A stretch of DNA of 56,058 nucleotides, counting the filler, from Sphacelaria rigidula (lineage: Eukaryota), in assembly GCA_964200075.2 (NCBI GenBank). It is 7 parts of 7 records of this genome, joined end to end, with 100 filler letters (N's around TTAATTAATTAA, not from the genome) between each part and the next. Parts side by side here need not be neighbours in the genome. Positions count along the whole stretch, not along the records: positions 1 to 7,924 come from CAXNAA020012961.1; positions 8,025 to 15,947 come from CAXNAA020012962.1; 5 more parts are not named here. One strand, 5' to 3'. Both the position numbers and the translations under genes were made by a program. Of the stretch, positions 1-12,119 are shown one piece after another (positions within the stretch are counted from its first letter, which is position 1; every line of letters begins with the position of its first letter). A model generated the notes under the pieces. It saw only the letters and a program-made list of their open reading frames with translations. It ran no database searches and was not told the origin of the DNA.

Positions 1-146
1 CCTTCCTGAGGCCGTTGCTTTTGTCGTTTTTCTGTTCCTTTCTTTCTTCTTTGTATTTTTTTATTATTCTGTTCTATTTTTGCTGCTCCTGACCGCGGGC
101 TGGATTGTTGCAATCAGCTAATGTGAGATAACCAATCAATCAATCA
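1..146 (+). mobile_element. 3' end of a LINE/SINE-like retroposon with (CAAT)n tail
   Basis: T-rich stretch, then GGGCTGGATTGTTGCAATCAGCTAATGTGAGATAA and CAATCAATCAATCA. Closely matches 36541-36679 on another contig. Confidence 0.7.
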
Positions 147-687
147 TCCCGGACTTCGCGGCTCGTCCAAAGTGTCGACAGGGCATGGTAGTACTGAGAA
201 AGGTGTCATTGTATTGCTTGAACACGCGCGCTCTATTCTTCACAAACAAGTCATGGGCAGTACCATTTCCCTACCCACCCCATTGATTGTCTCTTCCTTT
301 CCATTCAAAGTTCTTTTCTCAAGTTGGCTCGACGACAATACCATTACTGACCTGGTACACGCATACTTTGAACACTCAAGACTAGATGGACTGTATGCAC
401 CTATGTAATCGCGTAAATGCATATATATATATATATATGTATATACATCGTTCTGAAAAAAACCCAAACCATACCACAGAAAAGTAGCCTTCTTCGTTCC
501 GTGTCGCCAGCTAAGTTCAGAGTTATAATTCTTTTGACCGATCATTTGATATCTCTATATCCAAGTCCACAATAATTGTTCGTAACATATAGTCTGCGCA
601 TTTCCGGATTTTGTCAAGTTTGGACTAAATTACGTTTTTCTTTTCCCATGTATATTTACTTCCTGCCCACAAACATGGACACGATAC

Positions 688-870
688 CTGATCGAGCTCC
701 TTCTGCAGTCTTGCTATCTTGTCGGCGAGCGCTGCTAGATCACCGTTCTCCACGATACGCGCGATTTCTTCGGGTGGTTGGTAGTAGTCGATATCACCGG
801 GGCGTGTGGCGATTGCTATGGCGTACTCCAAGTTCTTGCACGTCTGGCGAGCTTGATCGTTCAAACCTCC
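688..870 (-). CDS. Candidate internal exon, unknown helical/coiled-coil protein (GGLNDQARQ...ARLQKELDQ)
   Basis: 183-nt open frame between acceptor tcttag| (871-876) and donor CAG|GTATCG. Protein-like composition; no family recognised. Confidence 0.5.
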
Positions 871-1080
871 CTAAGATTCAGATTATCATCGACAACAACA
901 GTTCAGTAAGATTGGAGAGATGAGACACACACCTTTTGGAACTGGTACGACAGTGTTTTAAGATGTCACAGAGACCACTGAGCTGAACAGTCAGTCATGA
1001 TACCGTGGATATCGATCCTCCGCAACAGGCGATCGATATGGAGGAAGAAGTGAACGCACATCCAATATTTGACTGCTTAA

Positions 1081-1188
1081 CCCTATGACCGCGAGGGTAA
1101 GCGATCTGTTAAATCGGCATCATTCACACCCGAAAGATGATACAAATTATGCTTATTGAACAGATCGCCAACCCTCGCGGTGAAAGAG
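1081..1188. mobile_element. Small foldback MITE with piggyBac-like ends
   Basis: TTAA|CCCTATGACCGCGAGGGTAAGCGATCTGTTAAAT is inverted to ATTGAACAGATCGCCAACCCTCGCGGTGAAAGAG|TTGA. Related ends occur at 1274-1297 and 2054-2159. Confidence 0.5.
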
Positions 1189-1316
1189 TTGACCGTTTGA
1201 CGGCAAGCATAGGTCATTTGTTGGATCGGCTTCAATTTTCCTTGAGAAAAGTATGCATAACCAGATAGACTCGTACCCTCGCGACCAAGCGGTTCAAATA
1301 AATGTTTTTTTTCCCT

Positions 1317-1740
1317 GGGTGAGGTACCGGTCGTAGGTCATCCGCGCATGTTTTCCCTGGGTGTTCTATGAGACCTATATGAGCTACGCATGTTTGACTT
1401 GGGTGAGCTGTGAGAGCTGTATGAGCTACGCATGTTTGTTTCAGGTAAGCTATCAACCCGTAGCTCATCAGGTCATATTCACCATGGTTGAGCTATGAGA
1501 GATACATGAGCTACGTACGTTTGTCTTGGGTGATCCACCAACCCGTAGCTCATTAGCTCATATTCCCCCGGGTGAGCTATGAGAGCTGCATGAGCTACGC
1601 ATATTTGTCCTGGGTGATCTACCCACCCGTAGCTCATCAGCGCATGTCTACTCTTGGGTGAGCTACCGGACCATGTTCGCATGTACGTGTTTGACTACAA
1701 GTGAGCTACAGCCCGCAGATGAGCTAGCGCATGAGCTGTC
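1317..1740. repeat. Tandem array of about 10 units of ~42 bp with two alternating unit types
   Basis: Units start GGGTGA-like at 1317, 1359, 1401, 1443, 1485, 1528, 1570, 1612 and 1656. The core is ATGAGCTACG or its reverse complement CGTAGCTCAT. Confidence 0.85.
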
Positions 1741-2159
1741 CGACGTGTGAAAACTTCCCCTAGCTCGCCTTGTCGCACATTGTTGCTCCGGCCTCCAAAG
1801 CCATAGGTATCTCCTTTCGTACATTTGAAATGACTCTCAGCAGGTGGTGGAAGCCGCTTCCATCGGATTCTCTCGCCTTTCATGAACATGATGCCGGGAA
1901 TTTTTCGAGCTCTAGGAAAATTCGCGAAGGGCGAGGATTTTTCCACCCATGAATGTTTTCATTTTTTTCATCTGTAAAACGTTTCCAGCAACGGATTTTT
2001 TCCCCCGAAAAACGAACGGCAGCACTTTACCTCTCGTTAGCAGTCTTACTTCTTCAACCCTTGGATCGCGAGGGCAGTCCACCTGGATCATGCATACTTT
2101 TTCCAAGCGAAATTGATGCCGATCCAACAGGTGACCTACTGTCGCCGTCTAAGGGTTGA

Positions 2160-2679
2160 CGTATCCAGACACGGCCGAAACAACCATGGGACCAGTTTTC
2201 ATGACACCCGGGATCAGAACGTCCTGGGAAATGGTGTCGGGCATAAAAATGAGGTGTTCAAAATAGTGCTTTCCTTGACCTGAAGTTACTGCAGATGACC
2301 ATCAAATGGACGAGCTCATTCCCACCGACATCCCCAGAACTATTTTGGGGTTTTTCCAGCCTTCTGTTTCCCCAAAGGGTATGTGCGAAAGCACATTTCC
2401 CCCTTGATTTCGTGGTGAAAAAAGCGATGCTTTTCAGCCCAAAATCGTACATTCGCACATACCCTCTGGGGGAACGGAAGACTGGAGACCCCCCAAAATA
2501 GTTTCAGGGAGGTCGGGGGGGGGGGAAGAGGTCATTCATATGAAAGTCATCTGTCGTGACTTCAGGTAAGGAAAAGTACTGTTTCGGAGTTAAACCTCAT
2601 TTTTATGCTCAACCTCATGTCTGATTTCGGGGTGTAAAGAAAAATGGTTCCAGTTTTTTTTCGAGCGTGTCTGGATTCG
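2160..2679. mobile_element. MITE/foldback element with long (~160 bp) imperfect terminal inverted repeats
   Basis: 2160-2323 (CGTATCCAGACACG...GCATAAAAATGAGG...CCTGAAGTTACTGCAGATGAC) is inverted to ~2522-2679 (GTCATCTGTCGTGACTTCAGG...CCTCATTTTTATGC...CGTGTCTGGATTCG). It abuts the truncated copia RNase H. Confidence 0.7.
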
Positions 2680-5600
2680 ATAAAGTGGGAAGTCTGCCGT
2701 TCGTTTTTCGGATAGAAGCCCACTTAGGTGAGCTGCTTCACGACTCGCAAGTGATAGTGCAGCCAGTTCCGCCTCCATGGTTAATTGAGCTGCGCTCTTC
2801 TGCAGAGAAGATGCGAAGCTGGCCGGTGCTTCAGCTAGAAAGAACATGCCCCTTGAGCATGAACGCCCCCCTTCAGTATCCGCTCGGTGATTTGCGTCAC
2901 AGAACCCGTAGAGGTTAAATCGTCCTGCCGTGTACTTAGTTCGAACGTTGTTTGGCCAAGCAAGTACCAAGGTGCTCTTTTGTCCGCTTCCATGTGAATG
3001 ACATCCCCATTTCTGTCTGCCGCTACAGTCAAAAAGAGTCGTTGGCTGCCAATGCGGCAAACTGGTGTGTCAGCCCCTCCGCAGTCGATACCATGCAGTT
3101 GTCCCCAATCGCGAACTGCTAACATTGTCTTGAATTTCCCCTTAGGCTCGATCTTCTTTACCCAACGTGTAGCATGACGAAGTCGTCCACTGGAACACTG
3201 CTTGTTGGAACGATATCGGCTACTTGGTGATCCTGTAAGCTCTGCAGCTCTCGTGTCATGGCTTCGTGCCATTCCGCGGGAAAAGGTGACCTGATGGCCT
3301 CCCTATGGTTGTTCGGTAGTAGAACCGTTGTGGTTGGCGGGATGACTGCGTCGGTGGTCGTACTCTCATGAATGCAATTAACGACTCAAGTACATGCGCC
3401 AATTCATCCGTGTTGACTGATGGATGTGCCAGTTGGCGAAGTTCTCTCGCTGTCGACCGTTCAGGTTGCATGTCTCGATCAACGATGGAGATCCAGCCAA
3501 CCAAAGATGATGGGCCTTTCTGGTAGCAGATGAACCCCCTGACTCGTTGTCCAATATTTCGACGTCATCATCGGGGTTGTCGAAATGTTTTAGAGTTGTT
3601 TCCAGAGTGCGTCCTTGGTTGACACCGGCTCCCTGCAGTCGACGCCATAGTTATATAGAACAGTTTCTCAAAACGTCTCAATAAACGTCACGCCCCTCGA
3701 TTCCAAGACCTGTCTAATTTTCTGACCTATAAATACGGTACGCCTTACTCCGACTTTCAAAACCCACCGGTCGTCCTTCCCAGACTTCCTCCTCCAGCTT
3801 GTTGCGGTTTGTCTCGTATTGTACAAAGGCTCGTGAACCAACAGCCCGCAAGTGAGCAAGGTTCGCTTGCTTGCCGAACATGCGATAGTATGTCGTTTCA
3901 AAGTCAATGGCCTTGTTCGGAAATCGGTTGGCCAAGTACACTGTCGCCGCGGCCAGCTCATTCCAAAGAAATGGCGGCAGTCTGGTCTCGTTCAAGAGGC
4001 ACCTTATCATTCCCATGATCGTCAGTCCGTCTCTCTCTGACACTCCATTCTGTCGTGGTGTATTTGTCGCCGTGTACTCTTGAACTCTGCCTGTTTGCTT
4101 GCAGTAATCACGGTAGTACCCCGCGATGTACTCGCTCCCTCCGTCTTGACGTAGGCGGTCAACTCGAAACCCTTCAGGAATCGTGACATCTCGTACATAC
4201 TGTACATACTGTACAATAGCATTGATGACATGATCCTTTGATGGTACGAAGTACAGGACTTGAACCTTGTTGAGTAATCACTAAAATCGAGTGCATAATT
4301 GAACCCCCCAAGTAATGTTCGTGAAAGGGGTCCCAAAACGTCAGAATATATCAACTCCAATGGCTGCGTGACGTGATAGTGTGCAGTTCTAGCGTGTTTT
4401 CTCTACGCACTGTTATTACTTAGACAAGTATCACATGGTGAGAACTTATTTCCGAAACGTATCCCAGCTTCTGGGATGTTCCTGATGGCCCGGAGAAGTC
4501 GCTCGCTTGGATGTCCTAGTCGACGATGCCAAATATAAGCTTTTTCATTCGACTGATTCGCGGGTTGTGATGTCGGTGTTGCAACCATGGACATTGCGAA
4601 TCCAGCCGAGGTTACTGCACTGACTGTGAAACCAGGATTACACGTAGACGTAGCGTGTTGATACTGACACCGAATTCGCCGCTGAAGCTGTACCGTTAGT
4701 ATCGATACTTGGTGGCATCACCAACTCCAAGTCGAGACAGTGCAGATTAATGGAAGCGTCGGGTCGTAGAGGAATCTTGAAATCTTTCAGGTTAAAGTGA
4801 GATTCATGCCCGATGACCATAGTCGTTCCATTGTTCTTCGTCGCTCCGGACGGAAACAGATGACGACCCAGACCTGGTACAACGGTAGCAGGAAGGAAGA
4901 CTTGTCGAAAGCTATACCTTCTTCGCCATCAACACAAACGTTCAACACATCTGCTCCAACTCCGGAAAGGGAACTTCCTCCGACTGCTTCAATCTGCATC
5001 GGAGGTCGCAGATCTTGGTAATCGTGCATGAAATTCTTGACATTTGCGAGGAGAATACTGTCGATGAAGTGCTGTGAAGCTCCACTATCGCAATCATGGG
5101 ATATAACTTGGCGTCGCTGGTAGCGAGGAAGGAAAAACCCTGACTTCCCGCAGATAGTAGGGCAAACCCGACCGCAGGGGTCGTGGGTGCTTCAGGTGTG
5201 TTCGATGCAGTTGAAGTATGTTATGTATCGGCTGTAGTCGTCGCCATGGAAGATCCGGTAGTCATGTTGTCTGCAGTGGTTGTACCCGCAGTGGAAGTCA
5301 CTATCGTTGTACCGTTCTGTTGTAGTCGATCCTGATTCCTGTATCGTCCTCTCTAGGTTCTACATTCGGAATTGCTATGCTTGTACGTACGATGCACAGA
5401 ACACAATTTTCTCGTCTGGTCACCCCAATTGTGCTGCCCGCCTGATTGGGCTCATGGGCGCGCCTTGTACTTGTTGCAATCTCGCTTGAAGTAGTTCGGC
5501 TCTCCGTGTTCGTGACATCTGGGCTTGGTGTCGTCAGCAGTGAGCATTGCTGACTGTCGCGCGGCCGTGCTCGTGCGCGAATGTTGCTGAAGTACATTGC

Positions 5601-6511
5601 AATTCCGGCGACTTGAGTGAATTGTACGAACAGTGTTTTCAATTTGATCAGGTCAAAATCAAGTTTCTTGTCCGCACTAAAAACCACAAGTTCGTTCTCT
5701 TTCGGCAACCTTGACAGAATGAGCTCGGCCAGTCTGTCGTCGGACACCTTTTTTTCCACTTTTTCCAGTTGGTCGGCGTTGTTGAACTTCTGTGAAGATA
5801 TCCGGATCTTCGCCGGCAGACGTTAAAATGTTGTCGAGCTACCGCATTAACATTCGCTTGCATTGTTGATGAGGGTAGCCCAGGCAAAACATCAATTTGC
5901 CTTGCGTCCAGGTATCGGATCATAGCGCAAGACGAAACTATTTGCAGAACCAGAAGTGGTGATGCAGAGGATGGAGTATAAATGTTGACTCAACTTCTCC
6001 CATCCTTCGCTTTCTCGAGTGCCCGTTTTTCTCTGCTGGCTGGTAGATGCTGCCGATGGAGCTTGAACCCTCGAATATGACACTCCAGACCTCAATGCCC
6101 TAGTGCCCCTGGTAGTAGGCGTGCTCAGTCCTTCTACACCATATGTCGGTAGTTGTTGTTCAGCACTCAGTACGCTTTCACTCGCAACTCGTTCGTACTG
6201 AGGAAGAGATTTCGTTTCCCCATCCATAATCCGACCTAAACGAGGCGATCAAAGACCGACTATCGCACGCGTGGTACGCTAGCATACACCGAAACGCTCA
6301 TGCTGACCGTCGAAGCGCGGCTTTTCTTGATGGGCTGCACCACCGTCGCGGATTCTCCCATGTTGTCGCGGATGCTGTCGCTCCCTTCGTTTCTTGATCG
6401 TAGGCCGAACTCGAATCTTTACGTGATGACTGAACAGCCCCCGTTATGATGTAGCTGGAATGGTTGTGCTTCCTTCCTCACGTGCTTGCGTGAAAGGCGA
6501 GGCTCATAACC
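2680..6511 (-). mobile_element. Degenerate Ty1/copia LTR retrotransposon internal region (gag-PR-IN-RT-RH), frameshifted and 3'-truncated
   Basis: Domains occur in copia order. Gag ~5330-6230 has a decayed Zn knuckle (PRCHEHGEPNYFKRDC) and CSVHRTYKHSNSEC. Protease DSGAS at 5075-5089. GAG-pre-integrase WHRRLGH...CDTC at 4403-4594. Integrase LIYSDVLGP / SERDGLTIMGMIRCLL...LWNEL at 3714-4360. RT N-terminus WVKK..GKFK...GIDCGG. RNase H GFCDAN...TMEAELAAL. Confidence 0.95.
6501..6511 (-). promoter_or_regulatory. Copia-type primer-binding site GGTTATGAGCC
   Basis: The minus strand reads GGTTATGAGCC upstream of gag. This resembles the GGTTATGGGCCC PBS of copia elements primed by an initiator tRNA-Met fragment. 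Confidence 0.75.
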
Positions 6512-7230
6512 TCTTCGATAAACGGGCTCGTAGTATGTGGCACTAACTTGAACAAGTCCTCCGAGGTGCACAGCGTGCTGTTAACTTCACTCGAAGCAAA
6601 GACCCAAAATATTGGTTTAGAAAGTGGCGCTTATCAGCCAATGCAAACAGCACACACGGAGACGTGAGAAAACAGGCAGAAGATGGTGAAGACGGGGGGG
6701 ATGAAGGATATTGCCCAAGGTGGTTGTGCCCAAGAGCTGTGCAAAATAACAAACTCCTGTCCCTCTGGCTTATTACTCGGTACATTACACACTCGAGGAA
6801 ACTCTCAGCTCGCTCCCGGTACGAATATCCGACTAGGATAACGTTCCACTCACTTGGTATATTCGCAAATACCAGTCCTTGTTACTTTCCTGCCTTGAAC
6901 GGACGATTCGACAATCCTATCCAATCACAATTGATCACTTTCCATAAAAATAAGAATTTCCCATTACTTTCTACGGATATTCCTACTCGCATGTGACTAC
7001 ACTGCCCTATCACTCTGTGTTCCCATTTCACTAAACGGGTGTTCCGCAATTCTGCTATTCCTGGAACCTGTTCCTAGAAATTTACAGGAACGATACAAGG
7101 TTACAAACCGCTCATCCGAGTGATACTGTACGATACTCATCAGTTGATATTAAGCTACTATCTGCGTACCAATCAATAATCGACCATCACTGACTTCGCT
7201 GTTTTCAGCTGTGACGAGCATAACTCTCAA
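6512..7230 (-). mobile_element. Probable 5' LTR of the copia element (outer boundary uncertain)
   Basis: Non-coding sequence directly adjoining the PBS. No second LTR is present to define its length. Confidence 0.4.
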
Positions 7231-7924
7231 TTCATTGCAATAGTGATTTGTTAGGGCTGTGAACTGGACCAGTTTGTACTGGCAGTTAAACTGGAACTGG
7301 TGATGAGGACTCCAGTTTATCCAGTGTACTTGAAGTTTGCCGCTACCGGCTATGTTTATACCCTTTTTAGTATGGTTCGTTTATAACAAAGATTCTTACA
7401 TGCTTACGGACAAAATGACAAAAGGATTGGGGTCTGCACCTGACAGCAGTACAGGTACTCACAGTACAGCACAGTAATAGTGGTCACTAAACCTTGAAGT
7501 GATATTGCGGATGTATGCCAGGTTTGTCGTTTCATAGCACAAGATACATCTAGAATAAAAAATAGCACACAAACGGTAATCCACGACCATAAAATACAAA
7601 GTACACCATGGCTTGCAATTCAACTGCATACGTGCTTGTGGGTCCGGACGTCAATCATTTTGCGCTCTCATCTCCGCGTGTTACCAGCCTTGGCTTGTTT
7701 GCATCCTCCCCTCCTCACGGAGAGTCTGCTGCTGCACATTACAGATGCATGGTTTTCGAATCGCTCACCGCTTTGAATGGGATTTGAATGTCATCCGAGA
7801 GTGCCCCCCAAAAAACAACCCCAGACCCTATGCCCCTTTTTTTAATCCTGGAGTCTTTCGGGTGGTGGGGGGGGGTGTACTCATGATCATACATGCCATA
7901 GTCATAAGAACATTGACCTCGCAT

Positions 7925-8024
7925 NNNNNNNNNNNNNNNNNNNNNNNNNNNNNNNNNNNNNNNNNNNNTTAATTAATTAANNNNNNNNNNNNNNNNNNNN
8001 NNNNNNNNNNNNNNNNNNNNNNNN
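7925..8024. other. Artificial contig spacer N44-TTAATTAATTAA-N44
   Basis: Exactly 100 nt with a six-frame stop linker. Confidence 0.99.
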
Positions 8025-8070
8025 CGTCCTCCCGGGGGCTCGCCCGCGGGGGGGGGGGGGGGGGGGGGGG

Positions 8071-8102
<32 letters not shown>

Positions 8103-10774
8103 CTACGTGTCCGAAAAATTTCTCCGCGCTGCTCCCTGCGTGCCGACAATATTATTTTCATAGAGACGAACGCAATGGCAAGATAAAGCAACTCAGGAAC
8201 TCCCAGCGGAGAGCAAACCGTCTCAACAAAGGCCTCAAGACACCGCAGCGCAGCGACAGCTACAGCACATGAGACAGAGCATGAGTGTGCTCTTGCTGCA
8301 CCGCGGTGATGATACAGGACATGTCCCATGCGATAGTTCTTCCCCTGATTTACGATGGGTCCTCTACTTTTGCCGAGTGTGTGAATCACACTTGTGAGAA
8401 CCCAACATACCTTTTACTTCTGTCCAAGAACCTTTTGTTGGTTCTATTCATGGGAACGTTCCAGCACTGAGGAAGGTTCAGGTTCCTCAGACGTCCGCTA
8501 GATCTTTGGAGGATGGTCTAATTGTCTCGGGATATCGGGACAATATCAGACCGAATATGCCTGAGACTCATAGAACGTTGTACACACCAAACCCAAGGTG
8601 ATGTACACGTTGAACTGAACTCCAGGCCAATGTCTGTTGGTACATGGTCCCTTGATCCATGTTCTGTTGTCTGAGCTGAGCTGCATGGATAGATCGCAGG
8701 TCATTCCCACCTCATCTCACAATCACAATCACTCTTCTTTTCTCCACCTCCACTCTGTCTGTCAAGCTCACTCGAGCTCTGTCCTGTCCACTCCACGCTA
8801 GCGACGTAGCTTAACTGGCAAGAGCACTTTGCGTTTCGCTTGCGTTTCGCAGGGAATGTAAGGATTTAAATCCCTCCGTCGGTCTTCTATCGTATCCTGT
8901 ACGACTCCTAAGTGGCGGTTTCAAACGCTCGACCATAATCGCGCTTCGCGCGAAAATATTTTATTTCACTTCGAGTTAGCTCTATCTGTGGGAGGTGAGA
9001 GACCATCTGTTATGGCAGTTACCAATCTCGAGTTTTTCGAGCATCGGGGGAAAAAAAACGGGGGAACGCATTTTATTAGGGACCCCGATTTGGACTAAGT
9101 TGGAGGCGAAAACATCGGGGAGTCACGATTTCGGAACGGTTTCCCCCGATATTTTTGAGGTGACGTACGTGTATTGACGTACAATGGTAGGGTACTAGGC
9201 GTTTGATATTTTCGCAACGGCATCAGAAAACAGTCTCGTGACAGCGCAGGGCGTGCCGACTGCCTGCGCCAGCTGCTGAAGCAACTTCGCACGGGGTTTG
9301 ACAAGCGGATAATAAGTGCTGACGCCGTACCCTGTGGCGATGGAAATATTTCATGCTGCGCTGCGCTGCTATATGTAGCACTGTAACGAACGCTACTGTA
9401 CTCTCCTAGCTGTTGTCACTGTACTTGAGGGGTGATATACGGCACTGCATTACTGACCTCTATTCGCTCACTGTCCTCTGTTCTCGCAATACCGACTATG
9501 CCACCATGCACTACCACACGGCATTATCATGTACTACTGTACTGATGGAGTGTCTTGCACTGTAATACCCTAGGGTACCAAGGTACGACATTGCACTCGA
9601 AGGATTGTTTACCGCCTGCCTGCTCTTCGGCTTCATGCACGAGTACGCAGTACCTCACTGATCTGAAAATGACTGTACAGAGCCGTTTCACAAATCTGTG
9701 GTACTACACTGTTGTCTGTACCATAAAACGGTCTCCCCGATTTTGAGTTCGCGAATTTGACTTCCCCGTTTTTTTTCAAATTTGGGATCCCAAAAAATCG
9801 AGATTCGTTGCCATAAAAGTTGGTTTGAGCCAATTACTTCCTGCGTCCACCATTCGTGCAGTATGACCCTTTCACATTGAATATTTGATTCTCCCATCAT
9901 TTGTGTCACAATTCCGCGCATTCTGACGACCATCACATCCGGTATATTCTTTCATTTAATAATATGTACAATTTCGCTGTCATCGGTTCTCATACGGCAT
10001 GACTTTTCCACCTTGTTTTAGAACTCCACCTTTCTCCTGTGACATGCACTTTCAAAAAGTCTCACGTGATATGATATGTGATAAAGATTCATCATGAAGT
10101 GCAGTGAAAACCGTCAAAGCACCGAGATGGAAGTTTCGTCACACGAACACACCGCACATATTCACGTCCGATATGTGCGATACTATAGAGGTCTTTACAG
10201 CACTGTTGTACTGCATGGGAGATATACATCGGAAGCGTTCGACGCTCGGAGCGGGGTTTCTATGTGCTAGACGAGGGGAACAACAGGACGATCGAATAAA
10301 AATATTGAATAAAAAGCCCACCAGTACGCGGGCACAGGGCAACCCATCCCGGGGACAAGTCACAGTATCATGGGAAGTGCTGCTGGGGGCAATGAGGGTG
10401 CAAACGTCGGGCAGCGGCGCCTAGAATAAAACCCTCGGGTGATGCAGATTTGTGTTTCGTGTACAGGTGGAATCAGTTGCTTCATTGACCAATAGAGCGC
10501 GAGTGTTGCAGATCGGCCCAGCATTGATGACTGGAAATACATCGGAGAGTAGCTGTTTGTGCTTCAAAGCCCATTACTATCCACTCTTTTTTCGGAATAA
10601 GGCCCACACATAGGGGCAAGAAATATGAGTTGCGACATTTTCCCAGCGGTCAACCTTTTTCTCCCTTTTGGGCAATTAGGCCAAAGAAATCGTGGATTTG
10701 GTGATTCGTAGTCGTGATGATTTGTCCTGACCGTGCAATACTGTACTCGAAAACTGCGGCGACATTTCACCGCA

Positions 10775-10935
10775 ACGGACACTTTGCCTATAGGGGAACC
10801 CATTACCCCCCTTGCCTGAGGGTCTTGGACACCTTGGGTCCGGGTTAGGGTTAGGATTAGATTTTATTGTTAGTTCGTTAAAAAAGAAGCCAACCATAAA
10901 TATACGACCAACAATTTAGGTCGCCTCTTTTTTCG
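10775..10935 (-). mobile_element. CCCTAA/TTAGGG-containing interspersed element, partial copy
   Basis: GGGTTAGGGTTAGGATTAG plus flanks that are reverse-complementary to 12120-12260. Confidence 0.65.
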
Positions 10936-11039
10936 CTCTTGTCCTTCCAATTTGTTCCCCATCGGAATCACTCTAGATATCATGGCGCGTTCTTGCCTTT
11001 TTTGTCTCGTCAGAACCGGGCCTTGTTTGCATCGCAAAA

Positions 11040-11505
11040 ACAAAAAAAGGCAAGTTTGTCCGCTGCTCTTCATTTTCCCGTCGTGCAGCGATTTATGGCA
11101 GAGGGGTACTATAGTACTGGAAAATGTATTCAGCTTTTTCTCTCCACTGAAACAAACTATCCCGCCTCCCCTTGGACCAACTTTTATGGGAGCGTTTAGA
11201 GTTTTATTTTGCAATGATTTTTAACGATTTTTCTTTTTCTTTTTCTGTGCCGTAGTGGTGTATTTTGTGCCCGTTCACCATGATGACAAAGAAGAAAAAA
11301 AATATCCTCTGAAATTGTTGCAAAATAAAATTTCAAATGCTCCCATAAGGGTTGGCCTTAGCATCGTAGAAACAAAAAGTACATGCATGCGCTGCTGCTC
11401 TTTATAATTCCGTCGTGCAGCGATCTCTGGCAAAGACGTACGAGTATAGTACTTGAAAAGGTATTCAGCATTGTTTCTCCACCAACACAAACTATTCCGC
11501 CTTCC
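11040..11505 (+). repeat. Direct duplication of ~130 bp flanking a MITE
   Basis: CGCTGCTCTT...CCGTCGTGCAGCGAT...TATAGTACT.GAAAA.GTATTCAGC...ACAAACTAT.CCGCCT occurs at ~11040-11170 and ~11370-11505. Confidence 0.75.
11175..11357. mobile_element. PIF/Harbinger-like (Tourist-type) MITE
   Basis: ~45-bp TIR G(A/G)CCAAC..TTATGGGAGC.TTT..A.TTTTATTTTGCAA, flanked by TTG/TTA trinucleotides. Same TIR family as 27973-29738. Confidence 0.7.
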
Positions 11506-12119
11506 TGCCCCCCCCCCCCCCCCCCCCCCCTGGGAACCGAAGCGGGTCCGTTCAGTGCCCAGACGAGGGTCCGGTCGAACAAAATGCGACTCAGCCGGAA
11601 AGGGCGGGGCAAGAACTCGTGTCACATATCACACTCGGGCGAAAACTGTTCTGTACTGTAATGTCTTCTGGATGAAGGAGGCTTGCGAGTATTCGTTAAA
11701 TCCCTGACGGCGAAGCACAGTACTATGCTTGTACGGCGTACTCAAATGGTTATGGAAGACACCTAAGGGTCGACCCAGGAGTTGGAGACCACGAACAAGA
11801 ATGCATTGTTGTTGGGGTGGTGGGAACAGACAGAAGCTGCTCAGAGTATCGGCGATGTTATCGGGGTTGAAGATCTGTCGGAAATACTATTCCGAGGAAC
11901 GGAGAGAATTCAACTGGTGATCGGTAATATTCTCGGAACGGACTAATGAAAAGACCCGATACTCCCGACTCTAGGGACTACATACCTTCGGCATATATCC
12001 ATTCACTGGATATGTGTGTTTGACCGCAAACCGTCGAGAGGAAGCATGTATCGGCAGGGGCACTGCAGGTGCCGTACTCACTCGCAAGATATGCACAGCA
12101 TGCTTGCCTGGCACATGAA

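Noticed and set aside
1317..1740. CRISPR-like array
   Set aside because: No unique spacers, the units are degenerate tandem repeats, there are no cas genes, and the context is eukaryotic.
7969..7980. TTAATTAATTAA recurring every ~8 kb as a biological periodic motif
   Set aside because: Always centred in 44+44 Ns; it is an assembly linker.
8025..8103. Poly-G tract / poly-Pro ORF / G-quadruplex
   Set aside because: It lies at a contig edge. Like the runs at 14160-14350 and 54800-54970 beside N gaps, it is probably low-quality homopolymer sequence.
10842..10860. True telomere
   Set aside because: Only 2-3 TTAGGG units, internal to a dispersed repeat.
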